Both the position numbers and the translations under genes were made by a program. The notes beneath the pieces are model-generated. The model saw only the letters and a program-made list of their open reading frames with translations. It was not told where the DNA came from and searched no databases. From Camelus ferus (Eukaryota), in the NCBI RefSeq assembly GCF_009834535.1, contig NC_045697.1, forward strand, positions 27,964,001-28,028,000: a DNA stretch of 64,000 bases, written 5' to 3'. The number at the start of each line of letters is the position of its first letter. Position 1 is the first letter of the stretch. Shown here piece by piece: positions 1-8,351 of this stretch.

Positions 1-786
1 TTAAAATAGGTCCACTTCTTTATGGCTCTCCATATTCCACTAGTCAGCTCACTATTGTCCACACTAACAAAGTGAAGGAGGTGCTATTAATAACCCACAG
101 TTGATTTATTGGCTGAATTCAAAATGCTTATCTTGTAGCTCTGCTGGTGAAGGTGGGAGTACCGGTCTGAAGTATTTCAGGTGGTTTGCTTTCCTTGTCT
201 TTTGATCAAGCCGCTATTAAAAATGACTGAGAGTGGAACGAGGGAGGGGGTCAAGATGTACTTTTTGCTAAAACTCATTCATAAAGAGAGAGCACTCATG
301 TGCTAATATAAAATGCATGCTAATCACGTCTTTTCTGACAAATTGCTTTTCAGAGAAAATCCGGTGCTCAATTTTTTCTTCCATGGATATTTCAAACTTT
401 CTTCAAAAAGTGATTTTTAAAAAATCTTCATGTGACAAACGTGCTGTCTAACAATCTCTTTCCTTGGATAAGGTCCAAGACACTTCCTGTGGGTTAGTTG
501 TCAGCACACGCAAGAAATCCAACCGGATAGCTCCACTCTTGTCTTTTAAAATAACAATAACAGTAACAAAACAACAAGACAAATAAAACTAAGAAATGCT
601 AGCTGTCTTTCCTCTGAGCTTGTGCTCAGCCTAATACTGCATGATGTCCTGTCACAAGCTGGACTCAATTCTTGCTGGAATCAGCTTTTCTACCACAGTG
701 AGCAAGGCCAACTTCCCTAAACTAAAAGCCTTGAGATTATCTTTCACTTCAATATTCTGTCTTTCTCTGTTTCCTCCTATACCCTC

Positions 787-1169
787 TGTGAGCTGGCCTT
801 GAGATGAGTTAAGGCCATGGGACCCAAGGCCACGACTACAGAGCATGTTTGTAGTATGCAGTAAATAATTGCTCCACGCATGCGTCAATTATATAAGGTT
901 TAGAACAAAGAAAATAGAAGTACGCATGTGCTAGAGATGTTCTGTAAGCCTAATGAACAAAGAAACTCAGACCACGCATGTGCTGACAGAAAACAGATAA
1001 AAGCAGGACAGGTGCATCATAGGCGTGCACCTCCCTGTGGCAATAAAGTGTTGTTAACCCCGTGGTGTCTCTGGCTGAAGTCTGTCTGGCGGTATGGCAA
1101 CTCCTTGTGCATTTTTTAATTTGGGCCGCTCACCACCTAGAACACCATGTCAGCCTCCCTCGGCTGACA
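787..1169 (+). repeat. 5' LTR (383 bp)
   Basis: Starts TGTGAG, ends CTGACA; TATA-like GATAAAA 996-1002; AATAAA 1042-1047; homologous to 7120-7547. Confidence 0.96.
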
Positions 1170-1171
1170 CT

Positions 1172-1189
1172 TGGCGCTGTGAGCAGGAT
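1172..1189 (+). promoter_or_regulatory. Primer binding site, tRNA-Ser (CGA-type)
   Basis: TGGCGCTGTGAGCAGGAT, 2 nt after the LTR, is the reverse complement of the tRNA-Ser 3' end ATCCTGCTCACAGCG-CCA (18/18 against the sequence as I recall it). Confidence 0.92.
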
Positions 1190-1198
1190 GAGGTGAGT
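1190..1198 (+). promoter_or_regulatory. Major splice donor of the provirus
   Basis: GAG|GTGAGT, cut between 1192 and 1193, directly after the PBS. Confidence 0.8.
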
Positions 1199-1237
1199 GC
1201 CCCCTCTGAACCCCCTGCCCCTGACAGGGATGCTCTG

Positions 1238-2609
1238 ATGGAAGCAAAGTGGCCCCCTACCTCTGTATGGTACCCGGTGACAGCCTATTTGCTGACGTGG
1301 GCTCAGCCTGAGGATTGGGACACAGTGGCACCCCGGCCAGATGACGTCCAGAGGATGTTGGAGCTGTTAGAAAATAATGTCCCATTAGCCCACCAAGAGG
1401 CAGCCGGGAGGGTAGCCTGGATGTTCTTATCTGTTTTATGGCATGCTAGCCAAGACATGAGAGATTTACAGATGCAAGCGGAGGAGTTGCAGTGCAGAGA
1501 AGAGGAGCTTAAGCAGAGACCCAGCACAGCAGAAAGGTGTCTGCATGGTGCTAGCCCCGCCACCTCTGAGAGCAGCTATGCCTGTGTAGCTCCAGTCCCA
1601 CCATCTCCGAGAGTGATAAGCCCGGCTCCTAGCCCCGTTCCACTACGTCTATGGCCCATGATGAAGCAGCAGATGGAAGTGGAGGAGCCTATGGCTCAGG
1701 GGGGAATTCCTGCGGGGCCATGGCAAGTGACACGGCAAACCACCTATACGTCCTACACATCAATGGAATTGAGAGACCTGGCAAAGCAATGCAAGCAGCG
1801 TATGGGTGAGTCAATCCCCGCATGGTTACTGCGCCTTTGGGATGATGGGGCTGACCAGACCGAGCTATCTCTGAAGGAGATGGGCCAGCTGGCCAGCATA
1901 ACAACTCTGCCCCTCACTGCGGCAGAGGCTGCAAACTGTTCCCCAGTCAAATGCTGATGCTGGCAACCATACGCTGATAAGCTGGTTAATGGCTGCTGTA
2001 CACACTGTGTGGGAAAGTGCAGGGGATTTGCCTAAACACGTGAGTAAGTGGACCACATATTTGGACTTAGCGCAAGTTGTCCGGGAAATGGGCATGCGCC
2101 AGATGATATTTTCTTTGCATTTCCATAGTCCGGATGATGAGCTCCTTACAGCTCGAATGAAAGATTTGATTTTGGCTAATGGCCCAACAGGAACGTTTGG
2201 GACTATGGTGGCGCTACTAGCACCATATGTAGACCACCCCATACATGAAGTAACTGAGGCTCTGGCTCGTCTGGGGGACATAGAGGTGTGCCAAAAGGGG
2301 GTACGTGCTGCGAAGACTCAAGGTGAGCCCAAGACCCCCTGCTCCCATGCAGTGACTCAGAAAGGGAAGTCCACGCAGAGGAGGAGAAAGGGGAAAGCTC
2401 CAATTTTAGGAGGGCCCCGAAAGCTAGATTGCCAACAGATATGGTGCGATTTACTGGCAGCTGGCCTGGACCGTGTAAAATTGGATGGCCAGCCATTGGG
2501 GGTGCTGATGGCCTTATGGAAGAAATTATGGCCCGAGCAACAATATACTCCATTGCCAACCTCCCATCGGGCCCGAGAGGTGGCCTTTGCTGATTTCCTC
2601 CCAGACTAG
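1238..2609 (+). pseudogene. gag: gag (class III/Fv1-like, no CCHC knuckle), about 456 aa after correcting one frameshift near 1910-1913
   Basis: ATG 1238; coiled-coil MRDLQMQAEELQCREEELKQR; MHR-like KQRMGESIPAWLLRLWDDG; basic KGKSTQRRRKGK; TAG 2607-2609. Confidence 0.85.
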
Positions 2610-5600
2610 GAGGAAGGCCAAGGTGTTCAGGATGTGGGGCACCCCGATGACCAGAGGCCACATGTTGAACTGACTGTCCACTGGTCCCCCATGAATAAAC
2701 AGCGAGTGCTGGCACTAGTAGACACAGGAGCTGAAATTACATTGGTGCATGGAAATCCGGAGCATTTTCAGGGACCATGGGTTTATATAGAAGGATATGG
2801 AAACAAGCAAATGTGTGTTAAATGAGTGACTCTGAGTTTGGGCATTGGCCGTCTGCCCCCTGCTGCATATGAAGTGCATATATCCCCAGTAGCTGAGTAC
2901 ATTCTGGGGATAGACATTTTGCAAGGATTGCAAACACAGATGACTCAAGGGGAATTTCACCTTCGAGTTCATGGTGAAAACAGTTATACGGGGACACCCT
3001 CATCATGCACCTTTGATTTTGCCACAGGCCACGCGAGTGGTGAATGTCTGGCAAAATCGATTGCCCAGAGGCCATGAGGAAATAGGACAGACTATTCTGA
3101 AGCTTGAGGAAGCTGGTATAATTCGGGCTACGCATAGCCCATATAACTCTCCAGTGTGGCCAGTGCGGAAGCCAGACGGCTCCTGGAGGATGACAGTGGA
3201 CTATTGGGAACTGAACAAAGTCACTCCCCCTATGCATGCAGCTGTGCTGAATATAACAGATATGATGGACCAGCTGTCCCATGAACTGGGTACTTGTCAC
3301 TATGTGGTTGACCTGGCTAATGCATTCTTCTCGATAGACATAGCCCCTGAGAGCCAAGAACAGTTTGCCTTCACCTGGGAAGGCAGACAATGGACATTTG
3401 TTGTGTTGCCGCAGACTGTGCCATGGCCTGGTGGCCCAGGATCTGGCTACATGGAGCAAACTGGATACTGTTTGTTTGTTCCATTATATTGGTGACATAA
3501 TGTTAACCTCTGATTCTCTTTCAGATTTGGAAACCAGGGCCACAGCGCTGCGAGAAGCCCTGGCGGGCTGGGGGTGGGCCGTGAATGAGGACAAAGTGCA
3601 AGGACCTGGATATTCTGTCAAATTCTTGGGTGTTGTCTGGTTGGGTAAGACAAAGTGCTGCCTGAAGCAGTAATAGACAAAATCCAGGCATATTCCCGCC
3701 CTGAAACAGTTAAACAGTTACAGACTTATTTAGGTCTTCTGGGATACTGGCGGGTGTTTATTCCTCATTTGGCCCAAATAGCTAAACCCCTATATAAGCT
3801 GATTAAAAAGGGAGAAGTCTGGAATTGGTCTGATGAGACCGAATGTGCATTTGTTGAAACTAAGCAGGTGGTAGCCAAGCACAAGCACAAGCACTGTGCA
3901 CTATAGATCCAGACCTCCCTTTCTGGTTGACAGTCCATTCGGACAATGATGGATATGGCTGGGGCTTATGGCAGAAACATGGGCAGCGGAAAGTGCCCAT
4001 AGGATTCTGGTCTCAGTTGTGGAAAGGGGCTGACTGTCATTATTCTCTGATTAAGAAACAGTTGCTAGCAACTTATGCATCCTTGATTGCCACTGACGGG
4101 GAGGCAAGAGGTCCAAGTGCAGTCCACATACTCTATTGCAGGATGGGTACAGACATGGGCAAAGCAGCCCCAATCGGGAACTGCCCAAACCCCAACTCTG
4201 ATGAAGTGGGGTGCTTATTTGGAACAGAGAGCCCAGTACACCGCTAGCCCCTTGACTGCAGAGTTGCAGCAGGTGTTAGGGCCTGTGAGATTTGTTGCAC
4301 CTGATGTACAGACTCTCCCTCAACAAGAGGTGGATCCTGTGCCCAGTCCCTTTTGTGAAGGGAAAGGGCCACCCCCGGGAACTGCTTGGTATACAGATGG
4401 ATCTTGTAAGGGCAGTCCACCCACTTGGGTTGCAGTAGCACTGCACCCTGCCACTGAAGCCTTCTGGTATGAGACCGGAGAAGGCCAATCCAGCCAATGG
4501 GCTGAGTTACGGGCAGTATGGCTGGTGTTGATGAATGAACCTAGCCCCTTGCAGATTTGTACAGATAGTTGGGCCATATATCGAGGCCTTACGTTGTGGA
4601 TACCCCAATGGGCCCTGCAAGACTGGATGACTGGGCACCAGCCCCTATGGGGACAACAGATGTGGAAACAGTTATGGGATAAAGGCCAAGAAGGTCAGTA
4701 TACTGTTTACCACGTACCAGGGCACCACCTGGCCCTGGCACCGGGCAATGATGCTGCTGACGTGCTAGCCCAACTTCACCCTATACAGGCCATGGTTCCA
4801 GCACCCGACATAGGTCCCTGGCTCCACAAGAAACTTGGTCATGTTGGCTTATACACAATGAGACAGGTAGCCGACTGGTGGGGCCTGCACCTGAGCCACA
4901 TGAAGCCAAAGATGCCGTGCGGCAGTGTCCATGGTGTGCTAAGCACCACCCACACCAGCGGTGATGGCCCCAACAGATGGGGAAGATTGCACAGGGAATT
5001 CAGCCATTGCAGGTACGGCAAATAGATTATGTAGGCCCCTTTGCTCCTAGTACAGGCTTGCAGTACCTGCTGACAGTGGTAGACACCGCTACTGGTCTAG
5101 GTTTTGCTTATCATGTGCCCCGAGCTACACCAGACTCTAGTATTAGTGCACTGGAAGTTTTATGGGACTTTTATGGGACTCCCTTAGAAATACAAAGTGA
5201 TAGAGGGACCTCTTTTACTGCCCAACAGACCCAGGAATGAGCCAAGGAAAATGACATTAACTGGATATTGCATGTGCCTTACCGTCCTCAAGCAGCAGGA
5301 ATGATTGAACGGTACAATGGCCTATTGAAGGACAAACTGAGGGCTCTCAGACCACAAGGGCGAGGCTGGAACAGTGTCTTGCCACAGGCAGTACGTCTTT
5401 TGAATGAACAACCTTGCTGTACAGGTATGAGCCCACTGGAAAAGTTATTGCAAGGGACTATTCGGAGGCTCAGAGTTGGGCCTGTGCAGAATGCCTCCGA
5501 TGTCTCAATAGCGGGGCACGTATTAATATTATACGCCCCCAGGGTGTTGAACTTGGGAAAACAGGACACCTGGACATGGAAGAATCAGGTCCAGACTGAA

Positions 5601-5960
5601 GGCCCCTGGCTAGCCCTTTTGGAACCATGGGGCAATGGGCTAGAGAAAGCCCTGCAGGTAACCCCACGAGTGGGGGAATGGCCTTTTGATGTGCAGGTTA
5701 CTCTAGGGAAAACAGGAGTGTCCCTACTTAAAGGAGCAGAAGCCCTACGGCTTTGGGCAATTCCACTGACAGCTCCTGAAGCTCTCCCAGAGTGTAACCA
5801 ACCTAGTGTGGGCGGGCTGGTGTGGTACCACTGCCCAGGGCGAACAGCCCTTCCTGCCACTGTCCTCTCACGGGATGAGAAAGTGGCTTGCATCCTCCCG
5901 GAAGGGAGAGATTTGCCAATCATGGTGTCCACCTCTGCTCTGTCCTTCCATCCAGGGTAA
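2610..5960 (+). pseudogene. pol: pro-pol: protease, RT, tether, RNase H, integrase (disrupted)
   Basis: LVDTGA and ILGID (PR); [33 protein letters not shown] with the following motif deleted near 3414, YIGD in place of YIDD at 3485-3496 (RT); WYTDGS/AELRAV/TDSW/GNDAAD (RNase H); H-H-C-C, QIDY, SDRG, IERYNG (IN); stops at 2823 and 5238 and about six frameshifts. Confidence 0.95.
5932..5956 (+). promoter_or_regulatory. Candidate env splice acceptor
   Basis: Pyrimidine tract CCTCTGCTCTGTCCTTCCATCCAG|G, cut between 5955 and 5956. Confidence 0.65.
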
Positions 5961-7110
5961 CAGCAAATACCATGTTCTCCTGGGCACACACATTCACGTG
6001 AGTCCATAACATCTCTCACTGTTGGGTCTGTACTGAACTTCCCATAGAAGCAGGAGATGGACTGCTGTGGCACCTCCACCCCATGTCTGGAGCTAATTGG
6101 AGCACCTTGATTCGATGGAATGCCAACAGGACAGCGAGATCGCCCTGGGACTTGCGGCGGCAGACTATTGAAGAGATACTCCGACGTGAGCGGGGCAATG
6201 CCCCCCCTCCCCAGCTGGAAGGACTGTACGGAATGAGTGGGGATGGATGAATAGTGTTCATGTAAAAGTGAGAAATTAAAGCCCCCTCTATATTGAGCAG
6301 TGGTTTGAACACGAGGCTCCAAACTGCACAGTGGGGTGGCTCCCAGAAGAGCTATGTGCCAAAATTACTTATAATATAAATGCCTCCACCTGGTGGGATG
6401 GACGACCTTTAATTGGCACAAAACCCACCAATTTCTTGCCACCAGGGTACCTGTGGGTATGCGGCACCCACAGATGGTCTTATCTCCCGGCTAAATGGAC
6501 AGGGCGCTGTACTTGGGGTAGAGCTTACTTGCCTGGACATGTCCGGCCCACTTTAACAGAGCGCCCCACAAACTGGGACCCACTGCACACCCGGTGGCAC
6601 CAGGGAAAGCATGCAGCTTGGTGGTTTTATCCTATGGCCCTGTTCCTGCCTGGTGCTGGGACCATCAGTGTCGAATTACAGGTAGAAGCCTTGGCTCAGC
6701 ACGTATCAGCTGTGCTGAATGTTACTAGGAGAGCTATAGAGGAATTGTTAGATGAGACTATCCAGATGTGAAAGGTGGTCTTACAAAATAGAATGGCATT
6801 AGATATTCTCACTGCAAGCCAGGGTGGCACGTGTGCTATGTTACATATTGAACGTTGTATCTATATACCAGGTCACCAGAAGGAAGTAGCTAAGGCACAG
6901 CATGAAATAGGTCAGGAATTGGATTGCATAGATTATGTAACTCAAGACCCCCTTAAAAATTAGTGGTCATCCTTGACGCCCTCCTGGAGATGGAGCCTAA
7001 CTGTCCTGGCTTTTGTAGCTGCCTGTGTATTGGTAGGATGCTGTACTCTGTATTGTTGTGGTTTTGGGGCACAATGCTCTGCCCTATGGGCTAGGGTCCC
7101 CACGACCTAG
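5956..7110 (+). pseudogene. env: env, gamma-type, about 385 codons (disrupted)
   Basis: CWVC at 6020-6031; YLWVCG..WSYLPAKWTGRCTWG; decayed furin site QGKH 6601-6612; fusion peptide; ISD LQNRMALDILTASQGG from 6781; CX6(R)C 6832-6858; TM WRWSLTVLAFVAACVLVG; TAG 7108-7110; internal stops 5999, 6248-6271, 6769, 6961. Confidence 0.93.
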
Positions 7111-7119
7111 GGGGTGGAA
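7109..7119 (+). promoter_or_regulatory. Polypurine tract
   Basis: AGGGGGTGGAA directly before the 3' LTR TG, overlapping the env stop. Confidence 0.85.
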
Positions 7120-7547
7120 TGTGAGCTGGCCTTGAGATGAGTTAAGGCCGTGGGACCCAAGGCCACAGCCAGAGCCTTGAGATAAGTTAAGGCTGTGGGA
7201 CCCAAGGCCACAATTACAGAGCGTGTTTGTAGTATGCAGTAAATAATTGCTCCACGCATGCGTCAATTATATAAGCTTTAGAACAAAGAAAATAGAAGTA
7301 CGCATGTGCTAGAGATATTCTGTAAGCCTAATGAACAAAGAAACTCAGACCGCGCGTGTGCTGACCGAAAACAGATAAAAGCAGGACAGGTGCATCACAG
7401 GCGCGCACCTCCCTGTGGCAATAAAGTGTTGTTAACCCCGTGGTGTCTCTGGCTGAAGACTGTCCGGCAGTGTGGCAACTTCTCGTGCATTTTTTCGTTT
7501 GGGCCGCTTACCCCCTAGAACCCCACATCAGCCTCCCTCGGCTGACA
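7120..7547 (+). repeat. 3' LTR (428 bp, with an extra 45-bp U3 repeat unit)
   Basis: Homologous to 787-1169 with about 24 substitutions by eye plus the 7167-7211 duplication; AATAAA 7420-7425. Confidence 0.96.
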
Positions 7548-8351
7548 CTACCATAGAATATTTCACCCACTTAAAGTGTACAATTCAATGACTTTAGGTA
7601 TATTCGTAGAATTGTGCAACCATTACCACAATTTAGAACATTTTCATCACCCTAAAAAGAAGAACCATACCCCTTAGCTGTCACCCTTCAATGCCCCATA
7701 TGCCCCAGCCCTAGACAGCCACTATAGATTGCACTAATCTCTTACAGATTTGCCTATTTTGGACATTTCATATAAATAGAATCATGTACTATGTGGTTCC
7801 TTGTGTCTTTTTTTTTTTTTTTTTTTACTTAGCCTAGTGTTTTCAAGGTTCATCCATGTTATAGCATGTGTCAGGATTTCATTTTTTTTTCTACATAACT
7901 TTCCATTGTATGGTTATACCACATTTTATTTATCCATTCATCAGTTGATGGACACTTGGGTTGTTTACACTTATGGCTGTCATGAATATATGAACATTCA
8001 TGTACAAGTTTTTGGTAGACATATTTTCGCTTGGGTGTACACTTAGGTGTGGAATTGCTGCATCATATGGTAACTATGTGTAGCCTTTTGAGGCATTCCA
8101 GGCTAGCTGCACCATTTTACATTTCCCTCAGCAGTGCATAAGGGCTCCAATTTCTCCACATCCTTGCTAACACTTCTTATCATCTGACTTTCATTCTAGC
8201 CTTCTTATTGGGAATAAAGCGATATGCCATTATGGTTTTAATTTGCATTTCTTTGATACCTAATGATATTGAGCATCTTTTCATGTGTATATTAGTCATT
8301 TGTTTATCTTTTTTGCAATCTTGTTGAACTTATTAGTTCTAATAGTTTTTT

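Larger units (their letters stand above)
787..7547 (+). mobile_element. Full-length defective endogenous retrovirus, class III ERV-S-like (LTR-PBS-gag-pro-pol-env-PPT-LTR), 6761 bp
   Basis: Two homologous TG...CA LTRs, tRNA-Ser PBS, PPT, and retroviral Gag/PR/RT/RNase H/IN/Env motifs in order; stops and frameshifts in pol and env. Confidence 0.96.

Noticed and set aside
1..786. Possible TLR1 promoter or first exon (ETS site ACTTCCTG near 482)
   Set aside because: Plausible by synteny, but I could not recognise an exon with confidence
1094..1237. ATG in U5 in frame with gag (glyco-Gag-like extension)
   Set aside because: The 3' LTR has GTG at this position and the extension has no TM segment; likely a chance mutation
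5585..6322. 245-aa antisense ORF across the pol/env junction (HBZ/ASP-like?)
   Set aside because: No recognisable motif or clear ATG start; long antisense ORFs are common opposite GC-rich coding sequence (the same applies to 2818-3459)
5238..6963. Probable TGG-to-stop changes (5238, 6248, 6961) as APOBEC3 hypermutation
   Set aside because: Only three sites in mixed contexts, most Trp codons are intact, and CpG decay dominates the other lesions
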